A stretch of DNA of 63,978 nucleotides, filler included, from an uncultured bacterium (GTDB lineage: Bacteria; CAYJRR01), in the NCBI GenBank assembly GCA_964372275.1. It is 3 parts of 3 records of this genome, joined end to end, with 100 filler letters (N's around TTAATTAATTAA, not from the genome) between each part and the next. Parts side by side here need not be neighbours in the genome. Positions count along the whole stretch, not along the records: positions 1 to 30,541 come from CAYJRR010000051.1; 2 more parts are not named here. One strand, given 5' to 3'. Under the pieces are notes generated by a model. That model did no database searches. It was not told the origin of the DNA and saw nothing but the letters and a program-made list of their open reading frames with translations. The position numbers were made by a program, and so were the translations under genes. Numbering within the stretch: position 1 is the stretch's first letter; every line of letters starts with the position of its first letter. This document shows positions 19,055 through 28,118 of this stretch, piece after piece.

Positions 19055-20392
19055 CTACGGATTCACGATCTCGAGCAGCTCCTGCTCGCCGTTGGCCATC
19101 GGCAGGTAGTACCCCGGCCCTTGCGGCCCGCTCTCCTGCCATGCGCTGTACGGCGCCTGGTAGGTCTCCCCGAACGTCGGCGATCGGACCTCCTGGTACT
19201 CGAGGATCGTCTCGCTGCGCCGCGCGCTCAGCCGTTCGTCGACCTGGTTCTTGTACTCCCACGAGCTCATGATCGCCGAGTCGTCGAGCGGGTTGTTCCT
19301 GGGGAGGATCCTCCCCTGTCCGGGCTTGGCGTCGACGATGCGGATCGACTCCTGCACCACGCCGGTGATCCCGGAGAGCGACTCCCACTTCGTCGCCTCG
19401 GCCTGCCGAACCGAGATCATCCCCGACCAGTTGCTCATCCCGAAAAACCCCATCGTGCCCACCGACGCGGTGACGACGCCGTGCACGCGCCGCCCCTTCT
19501 GCACGCCGGTGTACTCCTTCGACTTCGTGACCCAGCGGAGGCCCATCGGGTCGGCTTGGCTCGGCAGGTCGCGCGACGCGAGGAACTTCACGTTCTGCAA
19601 GCCGGTCGCCTGGACGACGAAGTCGATGAATCCGTCGGGCGTCTGGCTGCCCATCATTCCGGTGAGGTAGGCGAAGCTCACACCGCTGACCTCGTCGGCC
19701 AACAGGTCGATGCCGCGCGACGAGACGCCGGCGACGCTCCAGCCGTCGGGAAGGCTGAATGCGTAGGTGGTGCTGCCGGCGCCGTCGGCGCCGGTTCGGC
19801 GCTGGGCCTTGAGCATCGTCCCGCGCGCTCGCGCGTAGCAGTCCCCCACCGCGGCGAGCGTTCCGCGGACCGACGCCCAGTCGGACGACGGCGCCCAGCC
19901 GCCACGGATCACCACGTCGGGGCCGACCGCTCGCGCCGAGATCTCCCCGGAGATGGCGATGCCCCGGATCTTCCCCTCCAGCGTGCCGCCGACGGCGCGC
20001 AGCGCGCCTCCCTCTTTCGCGAACAACGACTCCAGCGCCTTGGCGTACTCGGCGACGATCGTCTCCGCCGTGTTCCCGGCGCGCGGCCGCACCGGGTAGA
20101 CGACCGCCACCGTGTTCACGTCCCGGCGGACGTTGATCGTTCCGTTGAGGTAGTCGATCTCCCAGCCGGCGGGGCGGCCGACGACGAAGCCGGCGTAGCG
20201 GTCTTCGAACGTCGGCAAGGTGCAGTTCGGCTGCGGGCGTGCCGCCGGGCCCTGCTTCCCCGGAGCCGTCTTCGCGCCGGATTGCGCCGAATCGGCGGGC
20301 CGCGAAGGGTTGCAGACGGCGCCGCCGAGGACGAAGAGCGCCGGCAGGAGGAGGCGACGCGTGACGCGGGGCGTGACGGATCGTCGGCTCAT
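19055..20392 (-). CDS. exported hypothetical protein (possible lipoprotein)
   Basis: Arg-rich then hydrophobic N-terminus ending in Cys; strong coding bias. Confidence 0.75.
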   Translation of the reverse strand: MSRRSVTPRVTRRLLLPALFVLGGAVCNPSRPADSAQSGAKTAPGKQGPAARPQPNCTLPTFEDRYAGFVVGRPAGWEIDYLNGTINVRRDVNTVAVVYPVRPRAGNTAETIVAEYAKALESLFAKEGGALRAVGGTLEGKIRGIAISGEISARAVGPDVVIRGGWAPSSDWASVRGTLAAVGDCYARARGTMLKAQRRTGADGAGSTTYAFSLPDGWSVAGVSSRGIDLLADEVSGVSFAYLTGMMGSQTPDGFIDFVVQATGLQNVKFLASRDLPSQADPMGLRWVTKSKEYTGVQKGRRVHGVVTASVGTMGFFGMSNWSGMISVRQAEATKWESLSGITGVVQESIRIVDAKPGQGRILPRNNPLDDSAIMSSWEYKNQVDERLSARRSETILEYQEVRSPTFGETYQAPYSAWQESGPQGPGYYLPMANGEQELLEIVNP

Positions 20393-20574
20393 GGGCCGAT
20401 CGTAACGCACCCGCGGCGTGGCGCCGCGCGACACCCGCCGTCCGCGCGTCCACCGGAGCGCGGATTGGGCGGAATTCGGACGGCGGCCGGCGCGTCGCGC
20501 GTGACGCAGTGGACGCCCACCGCATTCCGGGCTGTTATCCCCCTCCGCGCGCCGATCGCCGCGCGCAACGGTGG

Positions 20575-20589
20575 GGGCACGGGCATTGC
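20575..20589 (+). promoter_or_regulatory. sigma54-type motif GGGCACGGGCATTGC
   Basis: GGCACG-N4-TTGC upstream of ATG 20652. Confidence 0.65.
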
Positions 20590-20651
20590 TCCCGTTGGGG
20601 TCGGCGGAGCGTTTCGGGGACGCGCCGCCATCGCGAAGGGAGAATCGCGTC

Positions 20652-21542
20652 ATGCGTCGAATTTCGAAGCAGCTCGTGACGAGCCTGGGTCGCGCCACGT
20701 GCGGTGCGCTCGCGGTCGCGCTCGCCGTCGGGTGTGCCTCGGGCACGACCCAACCGGCGATCGGCGACGATGACGACGACGTCGTCGGGGACGACGACGA
20801 CTCGAACCGGGAGGAGCCGGGTCTCGGCTGCCGCAGCGTCTCGATCAGCACCGGGAAGGACGGCGCCGGCGCGGCCGCGTCGGCCTTCTTCACCTCGGCG
20901 ATCGGCCAGAACACCGACACAAGCGAATTCCTCGACGCCGAAGGCTGGAAGGTCGGCGGGGCGCTCGTGCTGTGCGCGGGCCTGCCCAACGGCGACAAGG
21001 CCGAGGTGACGCTGCAAAGCGACGTCACCTTCGCGGTGAGCCTGCCGCTGGGGAACTGCCTGTGCCGCGACTACCTCGCGGCGGGGTCGGAGGGGACGCT
21101 CTACTGCGCCGCGCACGCCGACCTGCTCGACGTGAAGCGGACGGTCGACAGCAACGGCACCGCCGCCGGCGGTTCGCCGACCTGGGTCGACGGGCCGGGA
21201 GCGGTCACCGGCGAAGGCCATCTGCGGATGTCGTTCCAGTCGCGCGCGGCGAACATCGACGCCGAACCGGACCAGTGCACGCCGCAGGCGTGCGCGTCGG
21301 CCCTCCACGCCGAGTCTCCCGGCGAGATCCGCTACACCACCGGGCGAGCCACTTCCGAAATCACCGAAGCTCGGCAGGGCGGAACGGTCTCGATCGTCGC
21401 GGAGGGGCGCGCCTTCGGCACCTGCACGGATTGGGCGGCGGGCGGCAGCGCCGGAAGTCTCGCGGGCGCGCACGGCCACGAGGAGGACAACTCCAGCACC
21501 AACAAGGACGTCGTCACCGTGGAGCGGATCGCCGCGGAGTAG
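20652..21542 (+). CDS. Cys-rich hypothetical lipoprotein
   Basis: Lipobox VGC, acidic linker, about 8 further Cys. Confidence 0.75.
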   Translation: MRRISKQLVTSLGRATCGALAVALAVGCASGTTQPAIGDDDDDVVGDDDDSNREEPGLGCRSVSISTGKDGAGAAASAFFTSAIGQNTDTSEFLDAEGWKVGGALVLCAGLPNGDKAEVTLQSDVTFAVSLPLGNCLCRDYLAAGSEGTLYCAAHADLLDVKRTVDSNGTAAGGSPTWVDGPGAVTGEGHLRMSFQSRAANIDAEPDQCTPQACASALHAESPGEIRYTTGRATSEITEARQGGTVSIVAEGRAFGTCTDWAAGGSAGSLAGAHGHEEDNSSTNKDVVTVERIAAE

Positions 21543-21585
21543 CGGGGGGAGGAGGGCGCCGCTCGCCGCGCGAGGCGCAGACCGC

Positions 21586-23343
21586 CTACCGGGGGACCGG
21601 GGCCGCCACCGGCGATGGCTCGGGCGTCGCCGCCGTCCCCGGGACGAGCGAGCGGGCGCGCTCCAGGGCGGGCGGGAAGGCGTCGAACAGCTCCACCGAC
21701 CCCTTCCCATGCCCGAACCCGCGCTCGATCACCTTCCGCGGTTGCTCGCCGAGTCCGACCAGCAGGGTACGCGCGCCGTTGCGCTCGACGTGGGCGATTG
21801 CGCTCTCCAGGGCGACCAGCCCCGTGACGTCGATCGCGCTCACCTGGGAGAGGTCGAGGATCACCACGTGCACGCGCGATTCGATCCGCTGCAGCGTCGA
21901 CATCGCCTTCTCCGCGGCGCCGAAAAAGAGCGGTCCGGCGATCCGGTAGGCGAGGACCCCGCGGGGCATCGTACCGAAGGTCGGGTCGTCCGACCCGGCC
22001 ACGAGCTGGGTCTGCGTGACCTCCGCCATGCGGCGCATGAACACAAGTGCGGCGAAGACGATCCCGACCGCGACCCCGATCACCATGTCGAAGACGACGG
22101 TGAGAGTGAAGCAGACGACGAGCACCGCCACGTCGCCGCGCGGAGCGACCTGCAGGATGTGCTTCACGTGCTTCCGCTCCGACATGTTCCACGCGACGAG
22201 CAAGAGGAGCGCCGCCAGCGACGCCATCGGGATGTGGCGCAGCACCGGCGCCAGCACAGCCACCGCCGCGTAGACCGTCAGCGCGTGGACCATCGAGGCG
22301 ACCGGCGAGCGGGCACCGGACCGGATGTTGGTCGCGGTCCGGGCGATCGCTCCCGTGCACGCGATCCCGCCGAAGAACGGAACCACCAGGTTGCCGATCC
22401 CCTGGCCGAACAGCTCCGCATCGGGGTTGTGCTTGGTCCCCGCCATGCCGTCGGCGACGACCGCGGAAAGGAGCGACTCGATCGCCCCGAGCATCGCGAT
22501 CGCGAACGCCGCCGGCACCAGTTTCCGGATCGCCGTCAGGCCGAAGTCGAAGTGGATCCCCTCCTGGAAGCTCCAGGGAAGCCCGAGCGCCAGCGGCTGC
22601 GAGACGAGATCGAAACGGCTGCCGATGGTGTCGACCGACAACCCGGGAAGTGACGCGCGCGCGACGTAGACCGACACGCTCGCAACGGTGAGGGCAATCA
22701 GCGGCGCGGGGACGCGCTTGGTCAGCCGTGGAGCGGCGATCAGCAGCGCCAACGTGCCGAGCCCCACCGACATCTCGGCGAACGACGTGCTCGGCAGCGC
22801 CCGCGCCAACGCGGCGACCCGCTCGAGGTAGTGCTCCGGCATGTGCGCGACCTCGAGACCGAGCAGGTCCTTGACCTGCAGGGTCGCGATCACCGTCGCG
22901 ATCCCCGCGGTGAAACCGGTCGTCACCGGGTGCGGGATGAACTGGAGCAGCTTCCCCATCCGCGCGATCGAAAGGCCGACGAGGATCGCTCCGGCCATCA
23001 TCCCCGCGACGAGCAGGCCTCCGAGGCCGAAGCGCGAGACGATCGGCGCGAGGATCACGACGAAGGCGGCGGTCGGACCGGTGACCTGCGTGCGCGAGCC
23101 CCCCAGCGCCGCCACGAGGATTCCCCCGACGACGGCGGTGATCAGCCCGTGGCCCGGCGCCACGCCCACGGCGATCGCCAACGCCATCGACAGCGGAAGC
23201 GCGACGACGCCGACGACGATCCCGGCGAAAACGTCCCGCCGCAGGTCCTCGGCGCCGTACCCTTCCTGGAGCGTGGCCCGCAGCGCGGCGGCCGGGAGCG
23301 TCGAGAACGGTGCCGCCCCCGGATGTGGGTAGCGATGGGGCAC
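21586..23343 (-). CDS. SulP family anion / C4-dicarboxylate transporter (DauA-like) with STAS domain
   Basis: ALPLSMALAIA, GPTAAF, ESLLSAVVAD, GAIART and STAS GPLFFGAA. Confidence 0.93.
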   Translation of the reverse strand: MPHRYPHPGAAPFSTLPAAALRATLQEGYGAEDLRRDVFAGIVVGVVALPLSMALAIAVGVAPGHGLITAVVGGILVAALGGSRTQVTGPTAAFVVILAPIVSRFGLGGLLVAGMMAGAILVGLSIARMGKLLQFIPHPVTTGFTAGIATVIATLQVKDLLGLEVAHMPEHYLERVAALARALPSTSFAEMSVGLGTLALLIAAPRLTKRVPAPLIALTVASVSVYVARASLPGLSVDTIGSRFDLVSQPLALGLPWSFQEGIHFDFGLTAIRKLVPAAFAIAMLGAIESLLSAVVADGMAGTKHNPDAELFGQGIGNLVVPFFGGIACTGAIARTATNIRSGARSPVASMVHALTVYAAVAVLAPVLRHIPMASLAALLLLVAWNMSERKHVKHILQVAPRGDVAVLVVCFTLTVVFDMVIGVAVGIVFAALVFMRRMAEVTQTQLVAGSDDPTFGTMPRGVLAYRIAGPLFFGAAEKAMSTLQRIESRVHVVILDLSQVSAIDVTGLVALESAIAHVERNGARTLLVGLGEQPRKVIERGFGHGKGSVELFDAFPPALERARSLVPGTAATPEPSPVAAPVPR

Positions 23344-23401
23344 GAGGGACGTCGCCGCCGGGCTGGACCGCGACGCGACGTTGCGACGATGCTACCACGC
23401 C

Positions 23402-24682
23402 GTGATCTGGATCGTCGGCGGCGGACCGGCCGGCTTGATGGCGGCGGAAGGGGTGCTCGCCGCGGTGCCGAACGGATGTTCGGTGACGGTGGTCGACGGG
23501 AAGCCATCGGTCGGTCGCAAGCTCCTCGTCGCCGGAAAAGGGGGCCTGAACCTCACGCACGACGAGCCGCTCGAGTCGTTCCTCGACCGCTACGGCCGAT
23601 CGCGCGCGCGATTGGAGCCGTTCGTGCGCGCCTTTCCGCCGTCCGAGGTCCGGGCATTCGCCGACGCTCTCGGCCAGGCGACCTACGTCGGATCGTCCGG
23701 CCGCGTCTTCCCGCGCGAGGCGAAGGCCGCGCCGCTCCTGCGCGCGTGGGTGGCGCGGTTGAAACGGCGCGGCGTGCGCTTCCGCACTCGATGCCGGTTC
23801 GCCGGCTTCGCGCCGGACGGCGGCGAGATCCTCTTCGAGGAGGTCGCGACGGCCGCCGCTTCGCGATCGGGGGGCCCGCCGGCCCCGAGGCCGCTGCGGG
23901 TCGACCCGCCGGCCGCGGTCTTCGCGCTCGGCGGGGCCTCCTGGCCGGAGACCGGCTCCGACGGCCGTTGGGTCGACCTGTTCCGATCCGCGGGGATCGA
24001 GGTGACCGACCTCCTCCCGGCGAACGCCGGCCTGGAGATCGATTGGCCCGGAACCCCGCCCCCCGACGGAACGGCCGTGAAGTCGATCGCGCTCTCCTTC
24101 GGCGGCGAGCGGTGCGTCGGGGAGCTGACGGTCACCCGCTATGGCCTGGAAGGAACGCCGGTCTATCGGCTCTTCCCGGCCGTCCGCGATTCGCTGCTCC
24201 GCGGCGAGTCGGCGGCACTGACGCTCGACCTGAAGCCCGACCTCGACGAGGCGGCGATCGCGCGACGGCTGTCCGCCCGCGGCGCGCGCAGCCTGTCGAC
24301 GGCGCTGGCGCGGCTCGGCCTCGGCGAGGGGACGCGGCGCCTCCTGCGCGCCCTCCCCCGCCCGCCCTCGGAGGAGATTGCCGGCCTCGCCCGCCGACTC
24401 AAGTCGCTCCCGCTTCCGGTGCGCGGCCTGCGCCCGATCGCCGAGGCGATTTCGTCGGCCGGCGGCGTACGCTGGGACGCGATCGACGAGCGGCTGATGA
24501 TGCGCGCGCGGCCCGGGCGGTTCGTCGCCGGCGAGATGATCGATTGGGAGGCGCCGACCGGCGGCTACCTCCTGCAGGCCTGCCTCGCCACCGGCCGCGC
24601 CGCGGGTCGATCGGCCGCCGAATGGTGGGCGCGACACGGCGATCCCCCCACCGCCGTCCCGGCGCCCCCGGTCCGTTCGTGA
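23402..24682 (+). CDS. HI0933/BaiN-like NAD(P)/FAD-dependent oxidoreductase
   Basis: GGGPAGLMAA, GRKLLVAGKGGLNLTH, GRVFP, AISSAGGV and WEAPTGGYLLQ. Confidence 0.92.
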   Translation: MIWIVGGGPAGLMAAEGVLAAVPNGCSVTVVDGKPSVGRKLLVAGKGGLNLTHDEPLESFLDRYGRSRARLEPFVRAFPPSEVRAFADALGQATYVGSSGRVFPREAKAAPLLRAWVARLKRRGVRFRTRCRFAGFAPDGGEILFEEVATAAASRSGGPPAPRPLRVDPPAAVFALGGASWPETGSDGRWVDLFRSAGIEVTDLLPANAGLEIDWPGTPPPDGTAVKSIALSFGGERCVGELTVTRYGLEGTPVYRLFPAVRDSLLRGESAALTLDLKPDLDEAAIARRLSARGARSLSTALARLGLGEGTRRLLRALPRPPSEEIAGLARRLKSLPLPVRGLRPIAEAISSAGGVRWDAIDERLMMRARPGRFVAGEMIDWEAPTGGYLLQACLATGRAAGRSAAEWWARHGDPPTAVPAPPVRS

Positions 24683-24710
24683 AGTGAGCGGAATCGAAAC
24701 GGTTTCCGCC

Positions 24711-24725
24711 TGGCCTGGTCGCTGC
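24711..24725 (+). promoter_or_regulatory. sigma54-type motif TGGCCTGGTCGCTGC
   Basis: GG-N10-GC upstream of ATG 24752. Confidence 0.5.
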
Positions 24726-24751
24726 AGTGGAAGGGGTCGGGGAGGCGCACC

Positions 24752-25738
24752 ATGGGGAGGAACGGTCGACGGTCGTTCGGTCGGTTCGCGCAGACGGCGG
24801 GCCTGGTGGCGATGCTTTGGGGCCGCGTCGGTCACGCCGAGGAAGGAACGGAGTGCGCCGCCACGCGGGCACGGCTGGAGTCGGAGTACGACCGGCAGCA
24901 TGCGATGCGGGTCGAGGTGCACTCGATGACGGCGCGCGTCCGGGAGGATCTGCTCACCCGGATCGCCGACGAGATCGACGCGAGCCCCTCGCTGCAGAAG
25001 GCCCTCGCCGAGCTTCGAAAGCCGCAATCGGCCGACAGCCGGCGACTGGCGCTCGAGGAGGTGACCGACCTGGTTCGCGCCATCGCGCCGGGGTCGATCT
25101 TCACCACTTGCGCCAGCGGCGAGAATGCCGGCCGGTATTCGGATTCGGTTCTCGACCTCCGACCCGAGCTGTTGGCCGGCCCCTCGGTGAGGCCGGCCGA
25201 CCTCGCCACCGGATTCCAGGCGCTGGTGCGCGAGGGGGCGGTCTACTGCGTCGACGGTCAGGAGCGCGTGCAGACCGGGGCGCGCGTCCGCTACCGCACC
25301 GTGCCGCTCTACGCCGTCTACGACCGGCGCGATTCGGTGGGCGTCCTCATCCCTCCGCGCGTCTACGGAACCCGCGTTCCGTACGCCCAACCGATCTACC
25401 GGACCGTCGAACGGACGTCGGAGCCCGACGAGGTCGACATCGCCCGGATCGTCGATCGGCGCGGCGGCGACAAGATCCGCCTCCGCTTCGCCCACCTCTC
25501 GAAGATCGGCCCGTCGGGATCGGTCGACTTCTTCCTGCCGACGACGGTGCGGGAGATCCGCCGGCTGGCGCGGCTCGATCCGACGCTGGCGGCGACGGCC
25601 GAGCTCGGACCGAAGGCGACCTTCGTCGAGAAGCGGCTTCCTCCGGCCTGCGCCTCCGCGGCGGCCGACGCCTCCCGCCTCGTGTCCGCGCTCGCCGCCG
25701 CAACCGCCCCCCAACCGTCGTCCCCGTGCCTCGACTAG
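24752..25738 (+). CDS. secreted hypothetical protein
   Basis: GGAGG RBS, signal-like N-terminus, coding bias. Confidence 0.7.
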   Translation: MGRNGRRSFGRFAQTAGLVAMLWGRVGHAEEGTECAATRARLESEYDRQHAMRVEVHSMTARVREDLLTRIADEIDASPSLQKALAELRKPQSADSRRLALEEVTDLVRAIAPGSIFTTCASGENAGRYSDSVLDLRPELLAGPSVRPADLATGFQALVREGAVYCVDGQERVQTGARVRYRTVPLYAVYDRRDSVGVLIPPRVYGTRVPYAQPIYRTVERTSEPDEVDIARIVDRRGGDKIRLRFAHLSKIGPSGSVDFFLPTTVREIRRLARLDPTLAATAELGPKATFVEKRLPPACASAAADASRLVSALAAATAPQPSSPCLD

Positions 25739-25741
25739 GGG

Positions 25742-25811
25742 CACGGGGAGGCCCCGAGGAAGCCCGAAGGGCGAATCGACACGGGGAGGCCCCGAGGAAG
25801 CCCGAAGGGCG
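25742..25811. repeat. two 32-nt direct repeats with internal hairpins (REP-like)
   Basis: CACGGGGAGGCCCCGAGGAAGCCCGAAGGGCG at 25742-25773 and 25780-25811. Confidence 0.85.
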
Positions 25812-25867
25812 GACCGCGCACCGGCAGCCAATCCCGTGTATCCTCTCCCCGGGAGGCTGCCTCGATC

Positions 25868-26323
25868 ATGAAGGTCCGCGAGTTCCTGAAGTGGGTCGCC
25901 GAAAACGAAGAGTTCGCACAAGGAGGGCCGGCGACCGGCGAAGGGCGCATCAAGGACATCGAGCGAAAGGCCGGCATCGTCATCCCGGGGCCCCTTCGCG
26001 AGCTCTATCGGCTCGCCGACGGCGTCGAGCTGCCGCACGGTTACGTGCCGCCTCTCTCGGGCGAGTCCTCCCTTCCCGAGATGGTCGACGTGATCCGCAA
26101 GGCCGACCTCGGCTGGGACCTTGCGCAGTGGCTCCCGTTCTTCGACTACCAGACGGGCGACTACGACGCGATCGAGATCAAATCCCCCAAGGGGCGCGTG
26201 GGACGGCTCGACTCGAAGACCGGCGAGGTGACCGACGTCTCCGCCTCGTTCGAGGACTGGCTGGACGAGACCTCCCGGCGCGCCGCCACCTCCGCCGCCG
26301 AGCTCAAGCGCCGCGAGGAGTGA
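25868..26323 (+). CDS. SMI1/KNR4 (SUKH) family protein
   Basis: PAT...I..IE.K.G..IP..LRELY...DG, WLPF...GDY and SFEDWL. Confidence 0.85.
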   Translation: MKVREFLKWVAENEEFAQGGPATGEGRIKDIERKAGIVIPGPLRELYRLADGVELPHGYVPPLSGESSLPEMVDVIRKADLGWDLAQWLPFFDYQTGDYDAIEIKSPKGRVGRLDSKTGEVTDVSASFEDWLDETSRRAATSAAELKRREE

Positions 26324-26324
26324 C

Positions 26325-26882
26325 TCACCGCGGCCGGCGGCCGCCGCGGCGACCTCCGGGCCGCCGCCCGGTCGACCGGCGGCGCGCGGGACGACCCGTC
26401 GCACGCGGGCGCTCCGGAGCGGTCGCCGGGCGATCGGGCCGTCGGATCGCCGTCCTCGCCGGCGGCGGCGCGGGGCGCGGACCCCGCTCGCGAACCGAGC
26501 CGCCGAGAAGGCCCGGCGCGCGCGCGCGCGGCGCGCGGGCCGTCTCCAGGTCGTACGGCTCCTCCTCGTCGTCCGCCGCCGGCTCGTCCCACGGCAGCTC
26601 GATGCGGGGTCGGGTGGGGTGCGGACGATAGAGGACGAAGACCTTTCCGAGGTTTTGCACCAGGAACGCCGCCGCCGCCCCGGGAAGGGCGCGCCCCGCC
26701 TCGTCGCGGTCGAGCGGCGCGCTCTCGGTCAGCTTCACCTTCACCAGCTCGTGGTCCGTGAGGGCCCGGTCGAGCTGCGACGCGACGCTCGGCGAGATCC
26801 CGTCCTTCCCGACCTGCACCACCGGCTTCAGGTGGTGCGCGAGGCGCTTGAGGTGCTGCCGTTGCCGGGGCGTCAACTCCAT
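26325..26882 (-). CDS. yhbY: YhbY/CRM RNA-binding protein with Arg-rich C-terminal extension
   Basis: LT.RQR..L..LAHHLKPVVQVGK.G, HELVKVK and GKVFVLYR. Confidence 0.9.
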   Translation of the reverse strand: MELTPRQRQHLKRLAHHLKPVVQVGKDGISPSVASQLDRALTDHELVKVKLTESAPLDRDEAGRALPGAAAAFLVQNLGKVFVLYRPHPTRPRIELPWDEPAADDEEEPYDLETARAPRARAPGLLGGSVRERGPRPAPPPARTAIRRPDRPATAPERPRATGRPARRRSTGRRPGGRRGGRRPR

Positions 26883-27247
26883 CGTCGGACCCTCGATTCC
26901 ACCGCGCGCAGGAACGCCAGGACCCGGCGCGCGTTGCGACCGAAATCGGCCCCCCCGCGCGCGCCGGAGCGCATCTGCACCAGGCTCCCCTCGGAGGGCG
27001 ACTCGACCCACACGGCGATGTCGTCGACGAAGCCCCACACCGTGCGCGCCTCGGCGTGGAGGAGGCGCGCGGCCCGGTCGACCTTCACCACCGTCCATCC
27101 GCGTCGGGAACCGGCGGCCGCCGAAACGGCGTGGAAGACGCGCTCCGGGTGCACCGATAGGTGCAGCGGCTGGAACTCCGGATACCCCGGCGTCCGTCCC
27201 GTCTCGACGATGGAGGGCCCGAACAACGCCATCGGGGCAGGGGTCAT
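26873..27247 (-). CDS. DUF1499 domain protein
   Basis: LHAEART.WGFVDD, V.MRS..R.G.ADFGRNARR. Confidence 0.85.
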   Translation of the reverse strand: MTPAPMALFGPSIVETGRTPGYPEFQPLHLSVHPERVFHAVSAAAGSRRGWTVVKVDRAARLLHAEARTVWGFVDDIAVWVESPSEGSLVQMRSGARGGADFGRNARRVLAFLRAVESRVRRWS

Positions 27248-28059
27248 ACCACGCGCTGGGCGACCACGCCACCGATCACCAGATCGAGCGGTACGCCGCG
27301 CGCTTCGCGGAATCGTTCCACTTCCGCCGAGAAGTGCCGCCGCAGGTCGTCGCGCGCGGCGTCGTCGATCGCGGAGAGGAGCGGGTGGGTCGAATAGCCG
27401 GATGCTTCGAGCCATGCGGCGACCTGGAACCCGTCGTCGAACCAGAGACGGATCCGTTCGGTGAACCGGTCGCGCTCGAGGAGGCCGGCGTCCGAAAGCA
27501 GCGCCCCCACCTCCTCGACGTCGGCCGGGACCGGCGGCGCGACGTCGGCGACCCCGAACGTTCCGGCAATCTCCCGGCCGACCTGCAGCGCCTGGGGGAT
27601 GCTGTCGGCGAGGCTCGTCAGCACGCCGGCGCGACCGCCCTCCTTGACCATCGGGCCGATCGCCGGGAGCACGCGGCGCCAGTCGAGATAGGCGAGCGCG
27701 AATCGCAACGAAACGACGTCGAAACTCGCGGGCCGCGCGCCGGCGATGAAGGCCTCGGCCGTCGATTGGACCAGCGTGAGCGAAACGTCGCATCCCGCCG
27801 CGCGCCTGCGCGCAGCCGCCAGCCTCCCGTCGGACGGGTCGACCCCCACCGTCTGCCCGGGCTCCGCCCGTCGGGCCATCTCCAGCGTGTAGAGCGCCGT
27901 CCCGCAGGCTAGATCGACCACGCGCTCTCCGGGACGGGGCGCGAGCAGGTTCGTCAGCCGGACGTTCGGCTCGGCGACGTGCGCGCTCCACAGCTCGTCG
28001 TAGGCAAGAGCCACTTTGTCGTAGACGAGGCGGTTCGGGTCGGCGCGTTCGTCGGACAC
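27244..28059 (-). CDS. class I SAM-dependent methyltransferase
   Basis: VVDLACGT, GVDPS and SFDVV motifs; start GTG 28059 inferred. Confidence 0.85.
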   Translation of the reverse strand: MSDERADPNRLVYDKVALAYDELWSAHVAEPNVRLTNLLAPRPGERVVDLACGTALYTLEMARRAEPGQTVGVDPSDGRLAAARRRAAGCDVSLTLVQSTAEAFIAGARPASFDVVSLRFALAYLDWRRVLPAIGPMVKEGGRAGVLTSLADSIPQALQVGREIAGTFGVADVAPPVPADVEEVGALLSDAGLLERDRFTERIRLWFDDGFQVAAWLEASGYSTHPLLSAIDDAARDDLRRHFSAEVERFREARGVPLDLVIGGVVAQRVV

Positions 28060-28118
28060 CGCGGTCCGGACCTGAGGGCGCAATTCCGCGTGTCAATCCC
28101 GGGGTGGCGCCTCTCCGG

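Noticed and set aside
25742..25811. Possible mini-CRISPR
   Set aside because: Only two units with a 6-nt spacer and no cas genes
21332..26404. Very long alternative-frame ORFs (1690 aa here; also 9146-12907 and the 5' part of 42850-46572)
   Set aside because: Arg/Gly/Pro-rich shadow ORFs expected in high-GC DNA; they overlap well-supported genes
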